A stretch of DNA of 64,000 nt from the NCBI RefSeq assembly GCF_024502345.1, contig NZ_JALDNN010000001.1. One strand, written 5' to 3'. A program made the position numbers and the translations under genes. The notes under the pieces are model-generated. The model saw only the letters and a program-made list of their open reading frames with translations, searched no databases and was not told where the DNA came from. The stretch's first letter is position 1. Each line of letters opens with the position of its first letter. This stretch comes from Escherichia coli (GTDB taxonomy: Bacteria; Pseudomonadota; Gammaproteobacteria; Enterobacterales; Enterobacteriaceae). Shown one piece after another: positions 26,654 to 39,848 of the stretch.

Positions 26654-26727
26654 GGTTTATCCTCTTTCGTTACCGCCGATTTGGCGGGTTACAAAACAGC
26701 ACCGCCAGCTGAGCTGGCGGTGTGAAA

Positions 26728-27930
26728 TCAGGCAGTCAGGCGGCTCGCGTCTTGCGCGATAACCAGTTCTTCGTTGGTTGGGATAACCACCGCAGGACGG
26801 GTACCTTCTTTGTTGATGAAACCAGATTTGCCGAAACGTGCAGCCAGGTTGCGTTCATGATCAACTTCAAAGCCCAGCACGCCCAGTTTGCCCAGAGACA
26901 GTTCACGAACCATCGCGGCATTTTCACCGATACCACCAGTGAATACAACAGCGTCCAGACGACCATCCATCAGCGCAGTGTAGGCACCGATGTATTTCGC
27001 CAGGCGGTGGCAGTAAACGTCCATTGCGCGCTTCGCGTCTTCTTTCGTCGCGTAGTTGTCTTCAACATAGCGGCAGTCGCTGGTCACTTCGGTCAGACCC
27101 AGCAGGCCAGACTCTTTGGTCAGCAGTTTGTTGATTGCGTCAACGCTCATGCCCAGGGTGTCGTGCAGGTGGAAGATGATCGCCGGATCGATATCACCAG
27201 AACGGGTACCCATGACCAGACCTTCCAGCGGGGTCAGGCCCATAGAGGTGTCAACGCATTTACCGTTGCGGATAGCAGAAACGGAACCACCGTTGCCCAG
27301 GTGGCAGGTGATGATGTTCAGTTCTTCTACCGGTTTGTTCAGCATTTTTGCCGCTTCCTGGGTTACATAGAAGTGGCTGGTGCCGTGCGCGCCGTAACGA
27401 CGGATGCCGTGCTCTTTGTACAGGTTGTACGGCAGGGCGTAGAGGTAAGACTCTTCCGGCATAGTCTGGTGGAACGCGGTGTCAAATACAGCAACGTTTT
27501 TGTCTTTCAGCTGTGGGAAAGATTTCAGAGCTTCTTCGATACCGATCAGGTGAGCCGGGTTGTGCAGCGGTGCAAAAGAAGCTGCATCTTTGATACCCTG
27601 AATAACAGACTCATCGATCACTACGGAGCTGGTATACTTTTCGCCGCCGTGTACGATACGGTGACCGATAGCAGTCAGCTGCGCAGACAGTTCTGGTTTT
27701 TGTGCCAGAATAGTATTAACGATAAAGTTGAGCGCTTCGCTGTGAGCGGCGCCTGCACCTAAAGCCGCTTCCTGTTTATTGCCGTCCATTTTCCATTTGA
27801 TACGTGCTTCGGGCAGGTGAAAACATTCGGCTAAACCAGAAAGGTACTCTTCACCATTTACTGCATCGATGATGGCAAATTTCAGTGAAGAACTACCGCA
27901 GTTCAGAACCAGTACTAACTTACTCGACAT
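26728..27930 (-). CDS. ackA: acetate kinase
   Basis: 400-aa ORF ([20 protein letters not shown]); acetate/propionate kinase signatures. Confidence 0.95.
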   Translation of the reverse strand: MSSKLVLVLNCGSSSLKFAIIDAVNGEEYLSGLAECFHLPEARIKWKMDGNKQEAALGAGAAHSEALNFIVNTILAQKPELSAQLTAIGHRIVHGGEKYTSSVVIDESVIQGIKDAASFAPLHNPAHLIGIEEALKSFPQLKDKNVAVFDTAFHQTMPEESYLYALPYNLYKEHGIRRYGAHGTSHFYVTQEAAKMLNKPVEELNIITCHLGNGGSVSAIRNGKCVDTSMGLTPLEGLVMGTRSGDIDPAIIFHLHDTLGMSVDAINKLLTKESGLLGLTEVTSDCRYVEDNYATKEDAKRAMDVYCHRLAKYIGAYTALMDGRLDAVVFTGGIGENAAMVRELSLGKLGVLGFEVDHERNLAARFGKSGFINKEGTRPAVVIPTNEELVIAQDASRLTA

Positions 27931-28267
27931 GGAAGTACCTATAATTGATACGTGGCTAAAAAAACGTCAGGGAGCCATAGAGCGTAGCGCATGATGACAC
28001 CGACATTTATGATTAACATCATGCACTGCAAATTTTTTTTGCATGATGGAAGAAATATCTTGAGTCTATGCCATTTTGCGTAATTTTCAGCCAATGGCAT
28101 AATGTATATGAATTTGACGACTCAATGAATATGTACTACTTAGGCCTTCAGGCTGCTAAAGGATACCTGATAGTGGGTATGGAAGACAAAATGTTTTGAA
28201 CGTTGTCCCGCTGAGTTGTGAATTTGCACAAATTTTTGAATCTTTATATGTGAAGTTGAGGTGAAGC

Positions 28268-28723
28268 ATGTCAACGCCGGATAATCGTTCTGTTAATTTT
28301 TTTAGCTTGTTTCGCCGGGGACAGCATTACTCAAAGACGTGGCCGCTGGAAAAACGCCTTGCCCCGGTCTTTGTCGAAAATCGCGTTATCAAGATGACGC
28401 GTTATGCGATCCGTTTTATGCCGCCGATCGCCGTATTTACTCTCTGCTGGCAGATTGCCCTGGGCGGTCAGCTTGGGCCGGCAGTTGCCACTGCGCTGTT
28501 CGCCTTAAGTTTACCCATGCAGGGATTATGGTGGCTGGGCAAGCGTTCTGTAACGCCATTACCCCCTGCTATCCTCAACTGGTTTTATGAAGTTCGCGGT
28601 AAATTGCAGGAGTCTGGACAGGTGTTGGCACCCGTTGAAGGCAAGCCTGATTACCAGGCATTAGCTGACACGCTTAAGCGCGCCTTCAAACAACTGGATA
28701 AAACTTTCCTTGATGATTTGTAA
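28268..28723 (+). CDS. yfbV: UPF0208-family inner membrane protein
   Basis: 151-aa ORF with two central hydrophobic segments; divergent from ackA. Confidence 0.8.
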
Positions 28724-28727
28724 TTGA

Positions 28728-29300
<573 letters not shown>

Positions 29301-29310
29301 GGAGGCCCGC

Positions 29311-29961
29311 GTGCGGTGCAAAGGTTTTCTGTTTGATCTTGATGGAACGCTGGTGGATTCCCTGCCTGCGGTAGAACGGGCGTGGAGCAACTGGGCCAGA
29401 CGTCATGGGTTAGCGCCGGAAGAGGTGCTGGCTTTCATTCACGGTAAACAGGCGATCACCTCTTTGCGCCATTTTATGGCGGGCAAATCCGAGGCTGATA
29501 TTGCCGCCGAGTTTACGCGTCTGGAGCACATCGAGGCCACGGAAACCGAAGGTATTACCGCGCTTCCGGGGGCAATCGCCTTACTCAATCATTTGAATAA
29601 AGCAGGTATTCCGTGGGCCATTGTGACTTCTGGCTCCATGCCGGTAGCGCGAGCGCGCCATAAAATAGCTGGGCTTCCCGCACCAGAGGTGTTTGTAACC
29701 GCTGAGCGAGTGAAGCGCGGAAAACCAGAACCTGATGCGTATCTGTTAGGCGCGCAGCTGCTGGGGCTTGCGCCGCAGGAGTGTGTGGTGGTGGAAGATG
29801 CTCCCGCTGGCGTGCTTTCTGGCCTGGCGGCGGGTTGTCATGTCATTGCGGTTAACGCTCCGGCAGATACCCCGCGCCTGAATGAGGTCGATTTGGTCCT
29901 CCACAGTCTGGAGCAAATTACTGTGACCAAACAGCCAAATGGCGATGTTATTATTCAGTGA
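29311..29961 (+). CDS. hxpB: HAD-family sugar phosphatase (hexitol phosphatase B)
   Basis: 216-aa ORF with GTG start; HAD motif I FLFDLDGTLVDS. Confidence 0.85.
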   Translation: MRCKGFLFDLDGTLVDSLPAVERAWSNWARRHGLAPEEVLAFIHGKQAITSLRHFMAGKSEADIAAEFTRLEHIEATETEGITALPGAIALLNHLNKAGIPWAIVTSGSMPVARARHKIAGLPAPEVFVTAERVKRGKPEPDAYLLGAQLLGLAPQECVVVEDAPAGVLSGLAAGCHVIAVNAPADTPRLNEVDLVLHSLEQITVTKQPNGDVIIQ

Positions 29962-29979
29962 AACACCTGATCATGATTT

Positions 29980-30004
29980 AGCCCCGTCTCGTCGGGGCTT
30001 TTTT
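29980..30004 (+). terminator. rho-independent terminator after hxpB
   Basis: Stem agccccg/cggggct followed by ttttt. Confidence 0.65.
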
Positions 30005-30047
30005 ATGGCAGAATCAAGTCATCCCCCTCAATTAACAAGGATAAGTT

Positions 30048-31880
30048 GTGAACGGTGAATTGATTTGGGTTCTTTCATTACTGGCCGTTGCCATCGTCTT
30101 GTTTGCGACGGGCAGAGTGCGTATGGATGCGGTCGCTTTGTTTGTTATTGTCGCGTTTGCATTAAGCGGAACGCTGACGGTCCCCGAAGTATTTTCCGGC
30201 TTTTCTGATCCTAACGTTGTCCTGATTGCCGCCTTGTTTATTATTGGCGATGGTTTGGTCCGTACCGGTGTTGCCACCGTAATGGGAACATGGCTGGTCA
30301 AAGTGGCGGGCAACAGTGAAATCAAAATGTTGGTTTTGTTGATGCTGACCGTCGCGGGGCTTGGCGCGTTTATGAGTTCAACCGGCGTTGTCGCTATCTT
30401 TATTCCCGTGGTGTTAAGCGTTGCCATGCGTATGCAAACTTCGCCGTCACGTCTGATGATGCCGTTAAGTTTTGCCGGGCTGATTAGCGGCATGATGACG
30501 CTGGTGGCGACGCCGCCGAACCTGGTAGTCAACAGTGAATTGCTGCGTGAAGGCTATCATGGTTTTAGTTTCTTTAGCGTAACACCTATTGGCCTGGTCG
30601 TGCTGGTGCTGGGTATTTTGTATATGTTAGTGATGCGTTTCATGCTGAAAGGGGATACCCAGACCCCGCAGCGCGAAGGCTGGACGCGTCGAACCTTTCG
30701 CGATCTTATCCGTGAATATCGACTGACCGGGCGTGCGCGACGTCTGGCTATTCGCCCCGGATCGCCAATGATTGGTCAACGGCTGGATGATCTCAAATTA
30801 CGTGAGCGTTATGGCGCTAACGTCATCGGTGTTGAACGCTGGCGGCGTTTTCGTCGCGTTATCGTGAACGTTAATGGGGTTTCTGAATTTCGCGCGCGTG
30901 ACGTTTTGCTTATTGATATGTCTGCGGCTGATGTCGATCTCCGGCAATTTTGTAGTGAGCAATTGCTGGAGCCGATGGTACTGCGCGGCGAGTATTTTTC
31001 TGACCAGGCCCTTGATGTGGGCATGGCAGAGATTTCATTAATTCCTGAGTCAGAACTGATTGGTAAATCGGTGCGCGAAATTGGTTTTCGTACCCGCTAC
31101 GGACTGAATGTGGTGGGGCTAAAGCGCAATGGCGTGGCGCTGGAAGGTTCGCTGGCGGATGAGCCTCTGCTGCTGGGCGATATCATCCTGGTTGTGGGTA
31201 ACTGGAAACTGATCGGTATGCTGGCCAAACAGGGCCGCGACTTCGTAGCGCTGAACTTACCGGAAGAGGTGAGTGAAGCATCGCCCGCGCACAGCCAGGC
31301 ACCCCATGCCATTTTCTGTCTGGTGCTAATGGTGGCGTTAATGCTGACAGATGAAATTCCTAATCCTGTTGCCGCTATCATCGCCTGCCTGCTGATGGGG
31401 AAATTCCGCTGTATAGATGCTGAAAGCGCCTATAAATCCATTCACTGGCCGAGCATTATTTTGATCGTTGGGATGATGCCGTTTGCTGTGGCATTACAGA
31501 AAACGGGAGGTGTCGCGCTGGCGGTGAAAGGGCTGATGGACATTGGCGGTGGTTACGGGCCACATATGATGCTGGGGTGTTTGTTTGTCTTGTCGGCGGT
31601 TATTGGGCTATTTATCTCTAATACCGCGACGGCGGTGTTGATGGCTCCGATTGCGCTGGCTGCTGCCAAAACGATGGGGGTGTCGCCTTATCCATTCGCG
31701 ATGGTCGTGGCGATGGCAGCATCCGCCGCCTTTATGACACCGGTTTCTTCACCTGTTAACACACTGGTTTTAGGTCCGGGAAATTACAGCTTCAGTGACT
31801 TTGTGAAGTTGGGGGTACCGTTCACCATTATCGTGATGGCGGTTTGTGTGGTGATGATCCCGATGCTGTTTCCGTTTTGA
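30048..31880 (+). CDS. yfbS: anion transporter with two central TrkA-C (RCK_C) domains
   Basis: 610-aa ORF with GTG start; N- and C-terminal membrane halves flank a soluble insert. Confidence 0.8.
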
Positions 31881-31889
31881 CAAGAGCCT

Positions 31890-31925
31890 GATGTCGCATC
31901 CGGCGCTTATTGCCTGATGCGACGC
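31890..31925. repeat. REP-like palindromic element between yfbS and yfbR
   Basis: gatgtcgcatccggcg...gcctgatgcgacgc inverted arms. Confidence 0.5.
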
Positions 31926-31938
31926 AGACTCCGGCTGC

Positions 31939-32538
31939 TTACAGCGGTGAATCCTGGCTAATCTCATCGAGCGAAAGATGGAAGCTGGGAACAAATACTT
32001 CCATGAAGTAGTCCATCTCCTGGCTGCGACGCGCTTCAAGCGTCGCTTCCAGTCGCGTTTTTGCCAGCAAGAATTCATTATTTCCGGCCGCGAGTTCTTC
32101 CAGACATTTCAGATATGCACACAGTGCATCTGCCTGTTTCACCAGCGATTTTTCTTCATCGCTATATGCATGCTCGTCAATTAACGGCGCAAAGATATCC
32201 CGCAGCTCTTCCGGAACCATATCGACCAGTTTTTGCTGAGCGATTTTTTCAATAGCCTTGTACTCCTGAGCGATTTGCGAATTGAAGTATTTCACCGGAG
32301 TAGGGAGATCGCCGGTGAGCACTTCTGAGGCATCGTGGTACATCGCCAGTAAAGCGATACGTTCGGCGTTGACATTACCGCCAAATTTCCGATTTTTGAT
32401 AGCTGCCAGCGCATGGGCGACCATCGCTACCTGCAAACTGTGTTCGGACACATTTTCCGTCCGCACGTTGCGCATGAGCGGCCAGCGGTTAATGAGTTTC
32501 AGGCGGGAGAGATGGGCAAAAAAATGGCTCTGTTTCAT
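31939..32538 (-). CDS. yfbR: HD-domain 5'-deoxynucleotidase
   Basis: 199-aa ORF; HD motif in [16 protein letters not shown]. Confidence 0.85.
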
Positions 32539-32585
32539 AGTGACCTTACGTATGATGACATCATCAGGTCATTGTGGCGGGATAA

Positions 32586-32611
32586 CACTGCCGGATGCAA
32601 TCTCCGGCAGT
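32586..32611 (-). terminator. candidate terminator hairpin after alaA
   Basis: Stem cactgccgg/ccggcagtg; weak T tract. Confidence 0.4.
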
Positions 32612-32621
32612 GAAATTAAGA

Positions 32622-33839
32622 TTACAGCTGATGATAACCAGAAAGGAAACGCGCGAACTTGCTCAAAGACAGCTCGATATCATCGACACGCGGTAGCGTG
32701 ACAATGCGGAAGTGATCCGGCCACGGCCAGTTGAATGCCGTCCCTTGCACCAACAGAACTTTTTCCTGCAACAGGAAATCCAGCACCATTTTCTGATCGT
32801 CGTGAATGTTAAAGCGTTTGGCGTCGATTTTCGGGAACATATACAGCGCACCACGAGGTTTCACGCAGGAAACGCCCGGAATATCGTTGATCAATTCCCA
32901 CGCGCGGTTACGCTGCTCATAAAGACGACCGCCAGGGGTAATAAATTCACTGATGCTCTGATAACCACCCAGCGCGGTCTGAATGGCGTGTTGCGCAGGA
33001 ACGTTAGCACACAGGCGCATTGAAGCCAGCATTTCCAGACCTTCGATGTAGCCTTTGGCGTGTTTTTTCGGCCCGTTCAACACCATCCACCCCTGACGGA
33101 AGCCTGCAACGCGGTACGTTTTCGACAGTCCGTTAAAGGTAATGGTCAGCAGGTCAGGTGCCAGCGGCGCAATTGAGTGATGCTCAGCGTCGTCGTAGAG
33201 AATTTTGTCATAAATTTCATCGGCGAAGATAATGAGATTATGCTGACGTGCAATCTCCACAATCTCCATTAAAAGCTCTTTGGAATATACCGCGCCGGTT
33301 GGGTTATTTGGGTTGATAATAACAATCCCACGCGTACGAGGCGTAATTTTAGCGCGAATATCATCGAGGTCCGGGAACCAGTCAGAGGATTCATCGCAAA
33401 GATAATGCACCGCTTTACCGCTGGAAAGCGAAACCGCCGCGGTCCAGAGTGGGTAATCTGGTGCAGGAACCAACATTTCGTCCCCGCTGTTCAGCAATGC
33501 CTGCATTGCCTGAACGATAAGCTCCGATACACCATTGCCGATGTAAATATCTTCCACGGTAACATCACGCATGCCACGAGCCTGGTAGTGCTGCATGATG
33601 GCTTTACGCGCGGAGTAAAGACCTTTGGAATCGCAATACCCTTGAGCGGTAGGCAGGTTGCGTATCACGTCAACGAGGATTTCATCTGGCGCGTCAAAAC
33701 CGAACGGGGCTGGGTTGCCGATGTTCAGTTTCAGTACCTTGTTACCTTCTTCTTCCAGGCGTTTTGCTTCTTTCAGCACCGGACCACGGATGTCATAACA
33801 GACATTCTCTAATTTGCTGGATTTTTCAATGGGGGACAT
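32622..33839 (-). CDS. alaA: glutamate-pyruvate aminotransferase (class I PLP aminotransferase)
   Basis: 405-aa ORF; PLP-lysine region FNGLSKTYRVAGFRQGW. Confidence 0.9.
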   Translation of the reverse strand: MSPIEKSSKLENVCYDIRGPVLKEAKRLEEEGNKVLKLNIGNPAPFGFDAPDEILVDVIRNLPTAQGYCDSKGLYSARKAIMQHYQARGMRDVTVEDIYIGNGVSELIVQAMQALLNSGDEMLVPAPDYPLWTAAVSLSSGKAVHYLCDESSDWFPDLDDIRAKITPRTRGIVIINPNNPTGAVYSKELLMEIVEIARQHNLIIFADEIYDKILYDDAEHHSIAPLAPDLLTITFNGLSKTYRVAGFRQGWMVLNGPKKHAKGYIEGLEMLASMRLCANVPAQHAIQTALGGYQSISEFITPGGRLYEQRNRAWELINDIPGVSCVKPRGALYMFPKIDAKRFNIHDDQKMVLDFLLQEKVLLVQGTAFNWPWPDHFRIVTLPRVDDIELSLSKFARFLSGYHQL

Positions 33840-34755
33840 GAATCTTGACCTTTTTTGCTGTTATCGCCACTCCCTGCCGTGGAAGTCAGCTTAGAACAAT
33901 GTACTCCCCCAGGACGGTGTTTTGAAGGTCTGCAGAATAAGATTTTGCCAGAGGGGAAGGCTCGATTGTGCTGTTAATAACTTAATAATGACAAAATAAT
34001 GAGGTGTATATGCTTTATATGCAATGTTATATAGTGAATTGTTCTGATTCTTAATTGTAAGTCTGGTTTTTTTATCTGTAAGATAATTGTGTGAAAATGC
34101 CTCATTTAAGAATTCACTAATGAAACGCGATGATGATATTTCCGCATTACGGAGAGTTTAACAGCGTGATGATTTCCGAAGTGTCACAATGGGGGCAAGG
34201 TGTGAAACTATTGTTAAGCGGAATTAATGAATGAGGATGATGCTAATTAATTATTATTTAATATTCAAAAAGGTTTTGATGTGCTTATTAATAATAGAAG
34301 ATTACTTTGCCTAACATAACATAACTTTGCATCAGATAATTCGCAATGACCCTTATAAATAAAAGGTTTTTGGGGTAAAATGTTCGCATAAATGACGGAT
34401 CCCTGCTCTTGATGCCTCCTCACCATTGCTGTTTGTACGTGTTCGCGTATGACCAGCGATGCTGCACGAGAGTGGAACAAGGACTCACATTTACATTTAT
34501 ACAAACACGCGCATGTCATAAATAGAAAAGAGTGAGTAACTTAATAGATATGCGATCCCTGAAGATATATTCTGTGATCTACTTCAGGCATTATAACGGA
34601 ACAATGTGAGTCGCTTTTTTAGTGCAACTCATATGCATTTTTACTTTCGTCCGGGTTCCGGATGAAACTGCCAGGGAGGCACATTACAAATGGAATTGCT
34701 TGTTTGTGTGTGCACAGCATTAACCAGCTCAGTATGAGCCGCCAGTAAGTGATAA

Positions 34756-35697
<942 letters not shown>

Positions 35698-35741
35698 TCG
35701 ACGGACGATAGATAATTCCTGAGACAATAGTGTAAAAAACG

Positions 35742-35780
35742 AGCCGCTGGGGGTGTTTTAAACCCCAGCGGCTTTTTTTT
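35742..35780 (+). terminator. rho-independent terminator after lrhA
   Basis: 11-bp stem agccgctgggg/ccccagcggct followed by tttttttt. Confidence 0.75.
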
Positions 35781-36327
35781 AGTAAAAATCCTTCCTCGCA
35801 TAGTGCAGAACGTACAAAACTGTTCATTTTTCAATCACCAGAGATTCACGTCCCGAACGCACAAATAATCGCCTGAAAAAAATCACCTGCTACAATGATG
35901 TTAAAAAATACGTAAATTTGTTGCTGCGTTTTTGTTATGGAATGACAAAAGCGTGTCACAGATCAAGAAAATACTCTCTTTTGGGGGGAGGAATCGACAC
36001 AAATTCCTGTCAAAATAGACCCGTATTTTTTCCATTGCTTCACAACGGACACGATTCAACAACATCTAATTATCCTGGAGTCGTCAAGGATCTGGGGTGA
36101 AAGGGCATTAAATGCTAATGGTGTTGATATTATGTAAACTAATGTGAAGAAACTTTTGTTAAAGTTGACAAAAGGTTATAGAAAGGAGTAAAAGACCACA
36201 TCAATTAGCTGTATAAAAGAATTTCTACAGTGATTGTAAGGTTTTTTTTATTCCTCCCCATGAATCGATGTGGCGTCCATCTGCCGTGAAGAGCAGTGAA
36301 TCTGGCGCTACTTTTGATGAGTAAGCA

Positions 36328-36771
36328 ATGAGTATGTCAACATCCACTGAAGTCATCGCTCATCACTGGGCATTCGCTATCTTTCTTATCGTTGCCATTG
36401 GCCTGTGTTGCCTGATGCTGGTAGGCGGTTGGTTTTTAGGCGGTCGCGCACGCGCGAGGTCGAAAAACGTGCCGTTTGAATCCGGTATCGACTCGGTCGG
36501 CTCCGCCCGCTTACGCCTGTCCGCCAAGTTTTATCTGGTGGCCATGTTCTTCGTTATCTTCGACGTTGAAGCGCTGTATCTGTTCGCATGGTCAACCTCT
36601 ATCCGCGAAAGCGGCTGGGTAGGCTTTGTGGAAGCTGCAATTTTTATTTTTGTGTTACTGGCAGGTCTGGTTTATCTGGTGCGTATTGGCGCGCTGGACT
36701 GGACGCCCGCGCGTTCACGCCGCGAGCGTATGAACCCGGAAACGAACAGTATCGCTAATCGTCAACGCTAA
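36328..36771 (+). CDS. nuoA: NADH-quinone oxidoreductase subunit A
   Basis: 147-aa membrane ORF; first gene of the nuo operon. Confidence 0.95.
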
Positions 36772-36786
36772 CCGCGAGGCATTAAG

Positions 36787-37449
36787 ATGGATTATACGCT
36801 CACCCGCATAGATCCCAACGGTGAGAACGACCGTTACCCCCTGCAAAAGCAGGAGATCGTAACCGACCCTCTGGAGCAAGAAGTTAACAAAAACGTGTTT
36901 ATGGGCAAGCTCAATGACATGGTTAACTGGGGTCGTAAAAACTCAATTTGGCCGTATAACTTCGGTCTTTCCTGCTGTTACGTTGAGATGGTGACTTCGT
37001 TTACCGCGGTGCATGACGTGGCGCGTTTTGGCGCAGAAGTATTGCGTGCTTCGCCGCGTCAGGCTGACCTGATGGTGGTTGCAGGAACCTGCTTTACCAA
37101 AATGGCACCGGTTATTCAGCGTCTGTATGACCAGATGCTGGAACCAAAATGGGTTATCTCAATGGGTGCCTGTGCCAACTCTGGTGGTATGTACGATATT
37201 TATTCCGTTGTGCAGGGCGTCGATAAATTCATCCCGGTTGATGTGTATATCCCGGGCTGCCCGCCGCGTCCTGAAGCGTACATGCAGGCACTGATGCTGT
37301 TGCAGGAATCTATCGGCAAAGAACGTCGTCCGCTCTCCTGGGTGGTTGGCGATCAGGGCGTTTATCGCGCCAATATGCAATCAGAGCGCGAACGCAAGCG
37401 CGGTGAACGCATTGCCGTAACCAACCTGCGTACACCTGACGAGATTTAA
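36787..37449 (+). CDS. nuoB: NADH-quinone oxidoreductase subunit B
   Basis: 220 aa; Fe-S cluster N2 cysteines ([19 protein letters not shown]). Confidence 0.95.
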
Positions 37450-37554
37450 TTTGCGCCTGTCGGCAAAGGGATTTTTCTTCGCTTATTCCTAAATCTATTT
37501 CGCGAAGCTTACTGCGCCGACAGTCACCACGGACCATTTGCAATGGTGAACAAT

Positions 37555-39345
37555 ATGACCGACTTAACCGCGCAAGAACCCGCCTGGCAGACCCGCGATC
37601 ATCTTGATGATCCGGTAATTGGCGAACTGCGCAACCGTTTTGGGCCGGATGCCTTTACTGTTCAGGCGACTCGCACCGGGGTTCCCGTTGTGTGGATCAA
37701 GCGTGAACAATTACTGGAAGTTGGCGATTTCTTAAAGAAACTGCCGAAACCTTACGTCATGCTGTTTGACTTACACGGCATGGACGAACGTCTGCGCACA
37801 CACCGCGAAGGGTTACCTGCCGCGGATTTTTCCGTTTTCTACCATCTGATTTCTATCGATCGTAACCGCGACATCATGCTGAAGGTGGCGCTGGCAGAAA
37901 ACGACCTGCACGTACCGACCTTCACCAAACTGTTCCCGAACGCTAACTGGTATGAGCGTGAAACCTGGGATCTGTTTGGCATTACTTTCGACGGTCACCC
38001 GAACCTGCGCCGCATCATGATGCCGCAAACCTGGAAAGGTCACCCGCTGCGTAAAGATTACCCGGCGCGCGCTACCGAATTCTCGCCGTTTGAGCTGACC
38101 AAAGCCAAACAGGATCTGGAGATGGAAGCCCTGACCTTCAAACCGGAAGAGTGGGGGATGAAGCGCGGCACCGAAAACGAGGACTTCATGTTCCTCAACC
38201 TCGGTCCGAACCACCCGTCGGCGCACGGGGCTTTCCGTATCGTTTTACAACTCGACGGCGAAGAGATTGTCGACTGCGTACCAGACATCGGCTACCACCA
38301 CCGTGGTGCGGAGAAAATGGGCGAGCGCCAGTCCTGGCACAGCTACATTCCGTATACCGACCGTATTGAATACCTCGGCGGCTGCGTTAACGAAATGCCT
38401 TACGTGCTGGCGGTAGAGAAACTGGCCGGGATCACCGTGCCGGATCGCGTTAACGTCATTCGCGTTATGCTCTCCGAACTGTTCCGTATCAACAGCCACC
38501 TGCTGTACATCTCGACCTTTATTCAGGACGTCGGCGCAATGACGCCCGTGTTCTTCGCCTTTACCGATCGTCAGAAAATTTACGATCTGGTGGAAGCGAT
38601 CACGGGTTTCCGTATGCACCCGGCGTGGTTCCGTATTGGCGGCGTAGCGCACGACCTGCCGCGCGGCTGGGATCGCCTGCTGCGTGAGTTCCTCGACTGG
38701 ATGCCGAAACGTCTGGCGTCTTACGAGAAAGCGGCGCTGCAAAATACCATTCTGAAAGGTCGTTCCCAGGGCGTTGCCGCCTATGGCGCGAAAGAGGCGC
38801 TGGAGTGGGGCACCACTGGCGCGGGCCTGCGTGCTACCGGGATCGACTTCGACGTGCGTAAGGCGCGTCCTTATTCTGGCTATGAAAACTTCGACTTTGA
38901 AATCCCGGTTGGTGGTGGTGTTTCTGACTGCTACACCCGCGTAATGCTGAAAGTGGAAGAGCTGCGCCAGAGTCTGCGCATTCTTGAGCAGTGCCTCAAC
39001 AACATGCCGGAAGGCCCGTTCAAAGCGGATCACCCGCTGACCACGCCGCCGCCGAAAGAGCGCACGCTGCAACATATCGAAACCCTGATCACCCACTTCC
39101 TGCAAGTGTCGTGGGGGCCGGTGATGCCTGCCAATGAATCTTTCCAGATGATTGAGGCGACCAAGGGGATCAACAGTTACTACCTGACCAGCGACGGTAG
39201 CACCATGAGTTATCGCACTCGTATACGCACGCCGAGTTATGCGCATTTGCAGCAAATTCCGGCGGCGATCCGCGGCAGCCTGGTGTCTGACCTGATTGTT
39301 TATCTGGGCAGTATCGATTTTGTTATGTCAGATGTGGACCGCTAA
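37555..39345 (+). CDS. nuoC: NADH-quinone oxidoreductase subunit C/D (fused)
   Basis: 596 aa from MTDLTAQ (an alternative ATG 4 codons upstream at 37543 gives 600 aa); 30-kDa and 49-kDa subunit domains fused. Confidence 0.9.
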
Positions 39346-39347
39346 TT

Positions 39348-39848
39348 ATGCACGAGAATCAACAACCACAAACCGAGGCTTTTGAGCTGAGTGCGGCAGA
39401 GCGTGAAGCGATTGAGCACGAGATGCACCACTACGAAGACCCGCGTGCGGCGTCCATTGAAGCGCTGAAAATCGTTCAGAAGCAGCGTGGCTGGGTGCCG
39501 GATGGTGCGATCCACGCGATCGCCGATGTGCTGGGTATTCCGGCAAGCGACGTCGAAGGTGTGGCAACGTTCTACAGCCAGATCTTCCGCCAGCCGGTTG
39601 GCCGCCATGTGATCCGTTATTGCGACAGCGTGGTCTGTCATATCAACGGTTACCAGGGTATTCAGGCGGCGCTCGAGAAAAAGCTAAACATCAAACCAGG
39701 GCAAACGACATTTGACGGTCGCTTTACGCTGCTGCCAACTTGCTGCCTGGGGAACTGTGATAAAGGGCCAAACATGATGATCGATGAGGATACTCACGCG
39801 CATCTGACCCCGGAAGCGATCCCTGAACTGCTGGAGCGGTATAAATGA
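39348..39848 (+). CDS. nuoE: NADH-quinone oxidoreductase subunit E
   Basis: 166 aa; 2Fe-2S cysteines (CDSVVCH ... [10 protein letters not shown]). Confidence 0.95.

Noticed and set aside
24455-26725. 756-aa ORF on the + strand covering the whole of pta in antisense, with similar long antisense ORFs opposite ackA (26722..27762), nuoC (38245..39255), nuoG (41232..42515), nuoL (46369..47814) and menB (61045..62208)
   Set aside because: Each lies exactly opposite a well-supported, motif-bearing gene; the translations are low-complexity (Arg/Gln/Val/Thr-rich) with no recognisable motifs or ribosome-binding sites. Long stop-free antisense frames are an expected by-product of codon-biased, GC-rich genes.
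34265-34519. 84-aa minus-strand ORF in the alaA-lrhA intergenic region
   Set aside because: No Shine-Dalgarno upstream, Cys-rich atypical composition, and it lies in AT-rich promoter DNA; most likely a chance ORF. Retained only as part of the broader intergenic-region finding.
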